Assembly: GCA_041690135.1 (NCBI GenBank)
Contig: JAWLHY010000002.1
Location: forward strand, 384,001 to 448,000
Source: Armatimonadota bacterium
GTDB lineage: Bacteria; Armatimonadota; SYMT01
Length of the DNA: 64,000 nucleotides
Direction of reading: 5' to 3'
Shown here: positions 9,141 through 19,520 of the stretch, piece after piece
Layout of the letters: every line of letters starts with the position of its first letter
Position numbering within the stretch: position 1 is the stretch's first letter
Program-made: the position numbers and the translations under genes
The notes under the pieces: model-generated
Told to the model about the DNA's origin: nothing
Databases searched by the model: none
What the model saw: the letters and a program-made list of their open reading frames with translations, nothing else

Positions 9141-10379
9141 TTAACCGAACAGCAGCACGGCCACCCCGGAGAGGATGGAGATGCCGAACAGCACGGCGAT
9201 CTCCCGCAGCAGGCGGGGGTGACCCAGGGTGGCCACCATCCCCGCCTTGAAGATCAGGTTCGACATGGCCGCGATCACGATCATCTGCCAGCCCCGCTGC
9301 GGATCGAGCTGGCCCGCATGGACCAGGCCGGAGGTGGAAAGAGTAATGGCATCCATGTCGGTCAAGCCGGAAATGCCTGCCACCAGGTAGAGCGCGGAGT
9401 TGCCGAGGTAGTGACGGACCGTCGCCACCAGCAGCAGGATGAGCGCGTACATGGCCCCGAAGAAGATGGCCGCCTTGAGTTCCGCCGGGTTCTCCTGCTC
9501 CGGTAGCTCCGATTGTTCCCGGGGGATGCGCCACCACCAGAGGGCACAGAGCACCACCGACACGGCCATCATCACGGCGATCCGGGGCCCCGCGATCGGC
9601 AGGAAGCCCGGCGCGACCACCTGGATCTCGACCAGCACGCGGATGTACACGATTGTCGAGGCGATCATGATGACCACGGCGGCGGGCCGGGCCCCCTCCG
9701 GGGCCTCTTTGGTCCGCCGCGCGTAACCGGCCGTGGTGGCGGTGCTGGAAATCACGCCGCCCAGGATGCCTCCCAGCACGATCCCCGCCTGTTGCCCGAA
9801 GAACTTGTAGAGGATGTATCCGCCGAGGCTGATGCCGACGATCAGCACCACCAGCCGCCAGATCTCATACAGGTTGATGACGTCGAACGGGCCGAAGGTC
9901 TGGTCCGGGAGCACCGGCAGAATGATGAAGGCGATCAGAACGAACTGCATGATCGCCCGGACATCCTCGTCTTCCAGGCGCCGGACGAAGCCGTGGAGCT
10001 CCGGCTTGAACTGGAGGAGCACCGCCACCCCGCCGCCGACGGCGATGGCGACCACCTGGGGACCGTACACCAGGTAAGCGCCGACCATGTACATCAGCGC
10101 CAGGGCGAACTCGGTGGTGAGGCCGGCGTCCGCGGCGCCCTCCCGCATCTTCTGCACGTTGCCGACGACGGCCAGAAGCACTACCGCCAGCAGGCCCGCG
10201 GCTACGATCCACCCGCCGAGGGCTTGCGCCAGGAGCCCCGTGATCGTCCCCAGCAGCGTGACCAGGGGGAAGGTCCGGAAGCCGGCCAGGCGCGACTCGG
10301 CTCGCTCACGCTGCATTCCCACCAGCAGCCCGAGCATGAGCGCCAGGCCCAGCTTCACAAAGATCGGGAACGTCTGCAT
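9141..10379 (-). CDS. MgtC/SapB family membrane protein with DUF4010
   Basis: GLLVGMQRE, AGFRTF, GLTTE, GGVISSTATT, SGLTDMDAITLS; many TM segments. Confidence 0.88.
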   Translation of the reverse strand: MQTFPIFVKLGLALMLGLLVGMQRERAESRLAGFRTFPLVTLLGTITGLLAQALGGWIVAAGLLAVVLLAVVGNVQKMREGAADAGLTTEFALALMYMVGAYLVYGPQVVAIAVGGGVAVLLQFKPELHGFVRRLEDEDVRAIMQFVLIAFIILPVLPDQTFGPFDVINLYEIWRLVVLIVGISLGGYILYKFFGQQAGIVLGGILGGVISSTATTAGYARRTKEAPEGARPAAVVIMIASTIVYIRVLVEIQVVAPGFLPIAGPRIAVMMAVSVVLCALWWWRIPREQSELPEQENPAELKAAIFFGAMYALILLLVATVRHYLGNSALYLVAGISGLTDMDAITLSTSGLVHAGQLDPQRGWQMIVIAAMSNLIFKAGMVATLGHPRLLREIAVLFGISILSGVAVLLFG

Positions 10380-10506
10380 CCGCCATCCATCGTCCCGGCG
10401 CGACCTCCACCAAGGAGCCAGGCCTGGGCCTGCACCCCCACCGAAAAGCCGGGCGCTCGGGAATGATGTCAGTTTATCCCAGACGCTCCATCACCTTAAA
10501 CCCGGC

Positions 10507-11739
<1,233 letters not shown>

Positions 11740-11766
11740 CTACCCTTCCCTTTCTTGCCGGAAGGT

Positions 11767-13071
11767 TTACGCTCCTGCCGCGAGGCGTGCGAGGAGTTCG
11801 CCCTGGGGCAGGGTTTCCTGACCGCCCCCCTCCATATCCTTGAGCGAGGCGACCCCCTGGGCCACCTCATCCTCGCCCAGGATCACCACGTAGCGGGCGT
11901 TGACCCGGTTCGCCGCCCGCATCTGCGCCTTCATGCTGCGAGCGCGGTAGTCGGTGTCCGCCGCCACCCCGGCCTGCCGCAGGTCGTTGAGCAGCTTGAG
12001 CCCCGGAAGCCGCGCCGCGTCTCCCAGCGTGACCACGAAGACCGGCCGCCGTGCCTCCACGGGGAATTCCACGCCCAGTGCCTCGCACGCCAGGAGCACC
12101 CGCTCGATCCCGCAGCCGAAGCCGATGCCGGGCGTCGGCTCCCCACCGAGATCCTCCACCAGGCCGTCGTACCGGCCCCCGCCCAGGATCGTCGACTGCG
12201 CGCCGAGGCCGCTGTGCGTGATCTCGAAGCTGGTCTTGACGTAGTAGTCAAGGCCCCGGACCAGCCGCTTGTTGCGCACGTACTCCACACCGAAGGCGGC
12301 CAGCGCCTCCTGCACCGCCGCGAAGTGGCCGGCGCAGCTCTCGCAGAGGTGATCCACGATGTCGGGGACCACCGGCTCCAGCACGGTCCAGTCTTCGAAC
12401 TTGCAGTCCAGGATCCGCAGCGGGTTCGTCTCATAGCGCCGCTGACAGTTGCCGCACATGGAGCCGATCCGCTCCCCAAGGGCCTGCCGCAATGCTTCAC
12501 GGTAGGCCGGCCGGCATGCCGGGCAGCCCACGCTATTCAGTTCCGTCCGCTCGCCGCGGATACCGACCCGGTGCAGGTAGGTCAGACCGAGGGCGATCAC
12601 CTCCGCGTCCAGGGCCGGGTCATCGCTGCCCAGCGCCTCGATACCCGTCTGGTGGTGCTGCCGGAGCCGTCCCTTCTGCGGCCGCTCGTACCGGAAATTC
12701 GGCGCAATGTAGAACAGCTTGGTCATCGGCGCCTCTTTGCCCAGGCTGTGCTGGATGTAGGCGCGCAGTGTCGGCGCGGTTCCTTCCGGCCGGAGCACGA
12801 ACGTCTCCCGCTCCTTCTTCTCTCCGGCGTCGTCCGACTCGCCCGCTTCGGACGGCTTCCCCCCGGAGACGCTGAACATCTCCTTGGAGACGATGTCGGT
12901 GTGCTCTCCCACGGCCCGGACGAACAGGTCCGTCTGCTCGAACGCGGGCGTGCGGATCTCTTCATAGCCGAAGTCCGCACAGGTGCGCCGGAAGGTCCCT
13001 TCCACATAACGCCAACGGGAGACTTCCACCGGCAGGATATCCTGGGTTCCTCTGGGGGCTTTGTATTTCAT
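11767..13071 (-). CDS. hisS: Histidine--tRNA ligase
   Basis: PRGTQD, LRPEGTAP, FRYERPQKGRLRQHHQ, LVRGLDYY, GGGRYDGL motifs; anticodon-binding domain. Confidence 0.97.
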   Translation of the reverse strand: MKYKAPRGTQDILPVEVSRWRYVEGTFRRTCADFGYEEIRTPAFEQTDLFVRAVGEHTDIVSKEMFSVSGGKPSEAGESDDAGEKKERETFVLRPEGTAPTLRAYIQHSLGKEAPMTKLFYIAPNFRYERPQKGRLRQHHQTGIEALGSDDPALDAEVIALGLTYLHRVGIRGERTELNSVGCPACRPAYREALRQALGERIGSMCGNCQRRYETNPLRILDCKFEDWTVLEPVVPDIVDHLCESCAGHFAAVQEALAAFGVEYVRNKRLVRGLDYYVKTSFEITHSGLGAQSTILGGGRYDGLVEDLGGEPTPGIGFGCGIERVLLACEALGVEFPVEARRPVFVVTLGDAARLPGLKLLNDLRQAGVAADTDYRARSMKAQMRAANRVNARYVVILGEDEVAQGVASLKDMEGGGQETLPQGELLARLAAGA

Positions 13072-13083
13072 GATCCAGCCTCA

Positions 13084-13153
13084 TCAATTGCAAACTGCAA
13101 ATTGTCAATTTCAAATTTCAAATTTAAAATTTGCAATTCTCAATTTGCAATGT
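13084..13153. repeat. AT-rich heptamer array (consensus about CAATTT/G) in the hisS 5' UTR
   Basis: tcaattg caaactg caaattg tcaattt caaattt caaattt aaaattt gcaattc tcaattt gcaatgt. Confidence 0.85.
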
Positions 13154-13189
13154 CTTTTCCCTTGAGCCGGGAAAGGGCGCGGCATCCAC

Positions 13190-13226
13190 AAAAAAGCCGC
13201 GGCGGCCCGGAAGGGCGCCGCGGCTC
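13190..13226 (-). terminator. Intrinsic terminator (candidate attenuator) upstream of hisS
   Basis: Minus strand GAGCCGCGGCGCCCTTCCGGGCCGCCGCGGC-TTTTTT. Confidence 0.85.
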
Positions 13227-13249
13227 GAAACGGGGCGACTGCGGAACGA

Positions 13250-13345
13250 TCAGCAGGCGCGCGCGAGCCGCGGCTCACCGTGAAGGTGTCCGTGATGCGC
13301 CCGCCCGGCATCGGCCGACCTGCGTTCCAACGTGCAGTCGTACAT
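13250..13345 (-). CDS. Putative His-rich leader peptide MYDCTLERRSADAGRAHHGHLHGEPRLARAC (31 aa)
   Basis: 4 His codons within 6 codons; lies upstream of hisS and of a terminator; ATG 6 nt after a -10 box. Confidence 0.7.
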   Translation of the reverse strand: MYDCTLERRSADAGRAHHGHLHGEPRLARAC

Positions 13346-13351
13346 CGCACA

Positions 13352-13381
13352 ACTATAGCACGAGCAGCTTTCCAGGGTCAA
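13352..13381 (-). promoter_or_regulatory. sigma70-type promoter TTGACC-18-TATAGT with extended -10 TG (hisS leader)
   Basis: Minus strand ttgaccctggaaagctgctcgtgctatagt-tgtgcg-ATG. Confidence 0.7.
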
Positions 13382-13442
13382 AGCTTCGCAAACCCCATGA
13401 GAAACCGTTCTCTTATAGGGCTGGGAAGGGCACCCCACTCAC

Positions 13443-13480
13443 GTTGACGGTGGTTTGATGATGCTTTGACGCTGATTTGA
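13443..13480 (+). promoter_or_regulatory. Four TTGA direct repeats at exact 11-bp spacing (candidate operator)
   Basis: TTGA at 13444, 13455, 13466 and 13477. Confidence 0.5.
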
Positions 13481-13700
13481 TCCTTGTAGTCAGGAGAATC
13501 AGTAGGAGATGTTAGAGATTAGGACAAGCGGCCAGGCCGTGTGGAGGCAGACAACACAGAGGATGGCAGTCTCCACCTTCCCCGCGGCACTATGCGCTGC
13601 CCGTCCGGTAGACGCTCTTGAACGAACGATCTGCCAGTGGCGCGTGCGTCCGGAGACAACGATCCGGCGCCAGGCTCATGACAGTCACCAGGAAACGCCG

Positions 13701-14783
13701 ATGCCTCTCATTCTCACAAGACTTCTCAAGGCCTCCAACGCCATTCCCATCGGAGTGGCGTTGGGCCTGGCCTTAGCGGGGGGACCGGTCTGCGCACAGA
13801 CCGTACCTGCATCCTCGGGCGCGGATGGCGCCTTCAATGCTGCCGGCGACGTAATCCTACCCGCCGGCACCTACAACTTCACCACCTTCAACATCGCACC
13901 CGGAGCCACCGTAACCGTGGCGGGAAGCGGCGTGCTCGACATCCGGGTACAGGGCACTGCCGTGATCGAGGGCAGCCTGAGGCTTGACGGCCAGAATGGG
14001 AGTAACGGAGGGGTGAACACGGCTCTTCCGGGTGCGGGAGGGAGTGGTGGCGGTGGAGGCGGGGCGGCCGGCGGAGTGGGCGGCTATTATGCGGGTGTGG
14101 GGCAGAGTGGTTCCGGTCCCGGAGGGGGCGGAAGTGGAGCGAATTCTGCCGACGGTGGAGGCGGTGGAGGGGGTGGGCATGCCGCTCCGGGTGCTAACGG
14201 TGGTAACGGGCTTTACTTCGATACTGGCTTGATCGGCTCCGGGGGAGCCGGAGGGGCAGCCTATGGAGTAACCGCCTTCACCGAGTTGGCCGGAGGGTCC
14301 GGAGGCGGCGGTGGTGGCTACGGCAGCGCGTTCAACGGTTCGGGAGGCGGAGGAGGTGGCGGTGGCGGGGCCGTCCGGATTGCCGCCTCGCAGCTTCAGA
14401 TCGCCGGAGCGATCACTGCCAACGGCGGGAACGGCGGGAACAATGCCGCTGGTACCGACGGCGCCGCCGGCGGGGGCGGCAGCGGGGGCATGGTCTGGCT
14501 ACAGGCGTCTTCGGTCATTCTCTCGGGCGTGGTTCAGGTGAACGGAGGGCTCGGCGGCACGGCTTCCGCGACTTCCCGCGGCACTCCCGGAGCGGGCGGA
14601 AACGGCGCACGGGGTCGAGTCCGGATTGACACGAATGCCCTCACCGGTACGGCTCCAGCGGGAACTTACCTGTCTGAGTATCCCCTGGACGCCTCGGCCG
14701 TGCCGGAACCCGGGGCACTTTTCCTCTTTGCCGGCGCCCTTCTGCCACTTGGGCTCATTGCAAGACGTCGCTCCGGCAGGTAG
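13701..14783 (+). CDS. Glycine-rich PEP-CTERM surface protein
   Basis: Signal peptide (..GPVCAQ); GGGGG-rich repeats; C-terminal VPEP-GALFLFAGALLPLGLIA-RRRSGR. Confidence 0.88.
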   Translation: MPLILTRLLKASNAIPIGVALGLALAGGPVCAQTVPASSGADGAFNAAGDVILPAGTYNFTTFNIAPGATVTVAGSGVLDIRVQGTAVIEGSLRLDGQNGSNGGVNTALPGAGGSGGGGGGAAGGVGGYYAGVGQSGSGPGGGGSGANSADGGGGGGGGHAAPGANGGNGLYFDTGLIGSGGAGGAAYGVTAFTELAGGSGGGGGGYGSAFNGSGGGGGGGGGAVRIAASQLQIAGAITANGGNGGNNAAGTDGAAGGGGSGGMVWLQASSVILSGVVQVNGGLGGTASATSRGTPGAGGNGARGRVRIDTNALTGTAPAGTYLSEYPLDASAVPEPGALFLFAGALLPLGLIARRRSGR

Positions 14784-14832
14784 CGACATACACCAGGGCG
14801 GACCGGCGGGCATCCCCCGGTCCGCTCTTTGA

Positions 14833-16587
14833 TCAATTGAGCTGGACCTCCAGTGTCTCTTCGGGCCGGATGACAACCGTCTCTCCCTCGGGCGTGCGGA
14901 GGTGATACAGGTCGCGTTCCAGAGAGTAGAGCGTGCCGGTGACCGGATCCCCGTGGAGGGTGTTGACCCGGTAAAGCTTACCGATCTCCAACTGCCGTCC
15001 CATCGAGTCCCCTCGCTGGAGGGCCTCTCTCCGCCGGCGCAGCCGCTCCTCTTCTGCCGCTCGCAGCCAGTCCCGTTCCTGGGGCGTCGGGTCTACCGGC
15101 TCCACATCCCAGCCATCCCGCTCGTGCAGTTCCAGGATTTCCCCGTCCGGGTCGCGCCGCACGGTGTAGGTCCCACCCTCATACCGGAGGAGGTGTCCGA
15201 CCGTGGCTTCTCCGTCGACCGGCACAAAGCGATAAGGGCGCTCCAGGGGAATCCGGGTGCGGTCTTCCACCCAGTTGGGAAGGTCCTCTCCGGATGAAGC
15301 TTGAGCCGTCGCCGGAGGAGCGTCCGGATCGGCGGTGAGGGTGAGCGTCGCGGCGCGCAGGGTCTCGTCCCACGCCACCTTCACCATGCGCCCACCGAAG
15401 CGCTCCTCCCGCTCGCGACTCTCCGCTTCCCGAAGCGATTCGGTCAGCGTCTCCAGCGCCCACGAGGCCGCGCCGGGGGCATACTCGTCCAGGAGCAGGC
15501 TCACGCGCGCCCCGTTCGCGCCGCCGGTGAGCCACTCTTCGGTGGCCGCGGTGAAGGAGAGCTGAACTGCGTGGAGGTCCTCCGGCGGCCCGATCAGTTC
15601 GTAGGTGGTCAGCCCGTCCGCGGTTTTCCCGACGGAGCGCAGCCGCCCATCCACGAGCGGCGAGTCGTAGAACTCGCATGGTCCCTCCCGGCGCAGGAGT
15701 TCCACCACCTGGTCGCGCGTGAGCCCCAGCCCCCTTACCACGGGTGCCGGCGGGGTAGGCGCCGTGACGGTCACTTCCGGTACCGCTTCCGGGGGGCTTA
15801 CCGCTGGGGCGGAAGCCGCGGGGACCGTCGCGGGAGGGGTGGAAGGCTCCGGGGCGGGACGGCCGAGCCACAGTGCGAGACCATAGCCGACCGGCGTGCC
15901 GATGCCGGGAATGAGCAGCCACGGCAGCCAGCGCGGCCGCCGTTTGCGCTGGGTCGTCACCGCCTCGGGGGTGGGTTCCGGCTCGGGTTGGCCGGGCGCA
16001 CTCACCGCGACCGCGGCCGGTTCGGCATCGCCTTCCACCACGATCTCCAGGGCTTCCTCTTCCGGTTGTGCCTGTTGCATCGCCCGTCCGCAGCGGGGGC
16101 AGAAGCGGAAGTCCGCCGCGTTCGCGGAGCCGCACGCGCACGTCCAGGCGGCGGCTGGCGCCGTAGTGGCGGTCCCGTTAACGGTGCTGCTCTGGGCGGT
16201 CTCTTCGCGGGCCGCCGGGGCGGGCACCGCGGAGGCGGAAGCCTCCAGCCGGTGCACGGCGGCTCGGGCGCGGGCATGCGAGGCATCCAGCACCAGGGCA
16301 CGGCGGTAGGCACCCAGGGCCTCCGTCGGATGGCCGGACTGCTCCAGCGCTTTGCCCAGGTTGAACTGGAACGCCGCGGACCCGGGTTCCAGTTGAGTGG
16401 CGCGCCGGAGACAGAGGACGGCCTCTGCGGTGTTCCCCTCCATCCCGTGGGCCACGCCCAGGTAGGCGCAAAGCTCCGCGTCGTCCGGAGCCTGCTCCAG
16501 GGCGGCGGAGAGACTGCGGATGGCGGCGGGCACATCCCCGGCCTGCAAAGCGTGCAGGGCGGCATCGCGGGCGGAAGTGGGTTGCAT
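14833..16587 (-). CDS. TPR / zinc-ribbon / single-TM membrane protein, function unknown
   Basis: N-terminal TPRs (YLGVA..FNLGKALE..A..AYRRAL); WTCACG..FCPRCG; TM segment; Pro-rich linker. Confidence 0.75.
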   Translation of the reverse strand: MQPTSARDAALHALQAGDVPAAIRSLSAALEQAPDDAELCAYLGVAHGMEGNTAEAVLCLRRATQLEPGSAAFQFNLGKALEQSGHPTEALGAYRRALVLDASHARARAAVHRLEASASAVPAPAAREETAQSSTVNGTATTAPAAAWTCACGSANAADFRFCPRCGRAMQQAQPEEEALEIVVEGDAEPAAVAVSAPGQPEPEPTPEAVTTQRKRRPRWLPWLLIPGIGTPVGYGLALWLGRPAPEPSTPPATVPAASAPAVSPPEAVPEVTVTAPTPPAPVVRGLGLTRDQVVELLRREGPCEFYDSPLVDGRLRSVGKTADGLTTYELIGPPEDLHAVQLSFTAATEEWLTGGANGARVSLLLDEYAPGAASWALETLTESLREAESREREERFGGRMVKVAWDETLRAATLTLTADPDAPPATAQASSGEDLPNWVEDRTRIPLERPYRFVPVDGEATVGHLLRYEGGTYTVRRDPDGEILELHERDGWDVEPVDPTPQERDWLRAAEEERLRRRREALQRGDSMGRQLEIGKLYRVNTLHGDPVTGTLYSLERDLYHLRTPEGETVVIRPEETLEVQLN

Positions 16588-16794
16588 AATGAAATGATCG
16601 GAGATTCGGAGGGATAGACGCGAGGGAGAAGATTGAATGTTCCCGAGAGGAAAGCCGTACGCACCGGGCCGGCCGGCTCCCGCCCCGGTAGCGAAAATCC
16701 CGGTAACCGGAGTGACGACAACTGACTACCCGCTGCATAAGATGAGATGCGGCCGTTCGAAGGGGACGGTTGAGTGGAACTCGTGGAGACCGGA

Positions 16795-17544
16795 ATGACT
16801 GCAGATCATCACTCGGAGACCCGGAAGATCGCCCTAGTGACGGGGGCCAACCGGGGAATTGGGCTGGAAACGGCCCGCCAGTTGGCGCAGCAGGGTTACC
16901 AGGTATTGATGGGCGCCCGTGACCTGGAGCGGGGCCAGGCGGCCGCGGCCGGGCTCCGGGAAGGGGGGCTGGAGGTCGAGGCCATCCGGCTAGACGTCGG
17001 CAGCGAGGCGGACCACCGCGCCGCCGCGGAGCTGATTGAAGCCCGTTATGGGCGCCTGGATGTACTGGTGAACAACGCCGGGGTGTTGATGAAGGGTGAC
17101 GGCCTCCCCGGTAAGGTGACTATGGAGGCGCTGCGCGGTAGCTTCGAAATCAACCTGTTCAGCGTGGTCGCCCTCACGCAGACTCTCCTCCCGCTGATCC
17201 GAAAGAGCCCCGCCGGCCGGATCGTGAACCTCTCCAGCATCCTGGGCTCCCTCAGCGTGCTCTCCAGCCCCGATAGCGGGGTAGGCGATGCCTTCAAAGT
17301 GTTGGGCTACAACGCCTCGAAAACGGCGCTCAACATGTTCACCGTGCTGCTGGCGGACGAATTGCGGGACACCCCGATCAAGGTGAACTCCGCCCACCCC
17401 GGCTGGGTGAAGACGGAGATGGGCGGCGAAGCGGCGCTCCTGGATGTGGAGGCGGGTGCCCGAACCAGCGTTCGGCTCGCCACTCTGGCGGAAGACGGGC
17501 CCACCGGCGGGTTCTTCCACCTGGAAGACCGGCTCCCCTGGTAG
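16795..17544 (+). CDS. Short-chain dehydrogenase/reductase (carbonyl reductase-like)
   Basis: TGANRGIG, NNAG, YNASK, HPGWVKTEMGG. Confidence 0.92.
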   Translation: MTADHHSETRKIALVTGANRGIGLETARQLAQQGYQVLMGARDLERGQAAAAGLREGGLEVEAIRLDVGSEADHRAAAELIEARYGRLDVLVNNAGVLMKGDGLPGKVTMEALRGSFEINLFSVVALTQTLLPLIRKSPAGRIVNLSSILGSLSVLSSPDSGVGDAFKVLGYNASKTALNMFTVLLADELRDTPIKVNSAHPGWVKTEMGGEAALLDVEAGARTSVRLATLAEDGPTGGFFHLEDRLPW

Positions 17545-17778
17545 ATTTAGACCGTAAACCTACCCATAATAGGGAGGAGTGTGCCTCCCGCGGGGCGGAT
17601 GGGTAACTGTGCTCCCACCGAGTGTTGGTTCCGGGAACCGACGTGAAGGGGAGAAAGAATGGGAGAGCGGGTGCCCGTAGACCCGGATCACTCCCATTCC
17701 CCATTCCGTCGCTCGTTGGGTCGGCGCCACCGACAGTCTTCAGTCGCGCTTGCCCGGCCCTCCATCGCACCCGTCCTG

Positions 17779-19248
17779 ATGCTTCTCCGCCCTGCCTACC
17801 TCCGCTGCCTGCTTCTGATCCTGCCGCTCGCCGCCATCCCACTCATGGCTCCGCGGGGGCCGGTTGAGGCGCAGGAGGCGGATTACGTCCACAGCGCTCC
17901 GCAGCTTGCACTGGAAGGGCGCGTCCGCTCCGTGGCCCCGGATTATCGCAGCTTCGACCTGGAGTTGGTGATAACGACCTCGCCCTCCGGTCGCCGGACG
18001 CTCTTGCCCGTACCCAGCCTCCGCAAGGTGTGGCTGGCCTCTCCCTGTTACATCTCTCCCCGGGGCGACGGGCAGCGGTTCCTGACGCCTCGCGACATTC
18101 CCGCAGGCACCGTGGTGGCCATCCTGGGCGTACAGGGGAAGGGTGGAGATCTGGTGGCCGGACAGGTATTTGTGGGCGGCACCCTCCCCAAGACTCTACC
18201 GGCCGCCGTACCCGTGCCGGAGATTCCCGAGGATCCGGATGCGATCATCCTCCCGCCGCTCCGGAAGGGACTGGCCAAGTTCGAACCCGCTTCCGGCTGC
18301 TACCTCGGCGCGTTCGTCATGCGGGACGAAAACGTGAATGGCAGCATGGCGGCCTGGGAGCGGAGGGTCGGTAAGGGTCACGCCTCCTACCTGCGTTACG
18401 TGGGGTACGGAAAGCCCTTTCCCCACGAATGGGTGCAGGAGGTGCGCCGGGTAGGAGCCGTTCCGAACCTGGCTTGGGAGCCCAACGCCGGCCTTCAGCA
18501 TGTAAAGGACGATGCCTACCTGCGCAAGTGGGCCCAGGCGGCGGCCAACTCCGGCGGTCCCGTCTTCCTACGCTTTGCCAGTGAGATGAACGGGGGCTGG
18601 ACCGCTTACTCCGGCAATCCCACCCTCTATAAAGCCAAGTTTCGCCTGGTGGCGCGGGCGATGCGGAAGCTGGCGCCGAATGTGGCGTTGGTCTGGACGC
18701 CCTATTGCACACCCACCGGTAACATTCCGGACTACTACCCCGGTGATGCCGCCGTGGACTGGGTAGGCGTGAATATCTACAGCGTTCACCACCACAACGG
18801 CCGGGTTACGGAACTGGCCGAGCACGAGGACCCGCTTCGCTTCCTTAAAACCGTCTATGATCGCTACGCGAAACAGAAGCCGATCCAGATCTCCGAGTAC
18901 GCGGCCACCAACTTCTGCCTGGCGTGCAAGCAGTCCATGCCGGAGTTCGCCATCCGCAAGATGCAGCGGATGTACGGCAGTCTCCAGAAGCAGTTCCCGC
19001 GCGTCAAGATGATCTACTGGTTCAGCATGGACACCATCGCCAGCCGGGCCGCGGAAAACAACTACGCCGTCACCGGCGATAACGACGTGCTCCACGCCTA
19101 CCGCCGGATCACCCACCAGCCCCACTTCCTGGCCCGTCTCTCCCCCAGGCTGCTCGCCGTCGGGAAGCGTCGCTCCGAGGTCTCCCTCCCCCTTCGCTCC
19201 ACCAAAGAGGCCTCCGCCGCCACGCGCCGTGAACGGAAAGACCCCTGA
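17779..19248 (+). CDS. Glycoside hydrolase family 26-like protein with N-terminal beta-barrel domain
   Basis: LAWEP, LRFASEMNGGW, YYPGD..VDWVG, KPIQISEY; signal-like N-terminus. Start uncertain. Confidence 0.8.
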   Translation: MLLRPAYLRCLLLILPLAAIPLMAPRGPVEAQEADYVHSAPQLALEGRVRSVAPDYRSFDLELVITTSPSGRRTLLPVPSLRKVWLASPCYISPRGDGQRFLTPRDIPAGTVVAILGVQGKGGDLVAGQVFVGGTLPKTLPAAVPVPEIPEDPDAIILPPLRKGLAKFEPASGCYLGAFVMRDENVNGSMAAWERRVGKGHASYLRYVGYGKPFPHEWVQEVRRVGAVPNLAWEPNAGLQHVKDDAYLRKWAQAAANSGGPVFLRFASEMNGGWTAYSGNPTLYKAKFRLVARAMRKLAPNVALVWTPYCTPTGNIPDYYPGDAAVDWVGVNIYSVHHHNGRVTELAEHEDPLRFLKTVYDRYAKQKPIQISEYAATNFCLACKQSMPEFAIRKMQRMYGSLQKQFPRVKMIYWFSMDTIASRAAENNYAVTGDNDVLHAYRRITHQPHFLARLSPRLLAVGKRRSEVSLPLRSTKEASAATRRERKDP

Positions 19249-19251
19249 ATT

Positions 19252-19518
19252 GGATTAGGACCGAATGGATAAAGACCGAGGGGATAAGGATAGGGATAAC
19301 GGGGACAGGACGGGTATGCGGTTCCCCGGGCTGCGGGTGCCGGATCCTTTGTCGCAAATACGGACCGCGCTAAAGCGCCTGCGTGTAGGGGTTCTTCATC
19401 CTTATCCGGGTCGAATCCATCCGCCTGTGGTCAGGGCACCCACCCTTACACGGGACTCTTTATCCTTATCCTCATCCTCATCCTTTCCTTATCCTTATCT
19501 TTATCTTTATCTTTATCC
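19252..19518. repeat. Inverted hexamer arrays (GGATAA... / ...TTATCC) flanking about 150 bp between convergent genes
   Basis: Purine-rich array 19252-19309 and pyrimidine-rich array 19460-19518. Confidence 0.7.
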
Positions 19519-19520
19519 AT

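Noticed and set aside
13180-13360. 6S RNA or T-box near hisS
   Set aside because: No T-box consensus or long 6S-like rod was seen; the His-codon sORF plus terminator explains the structure better.
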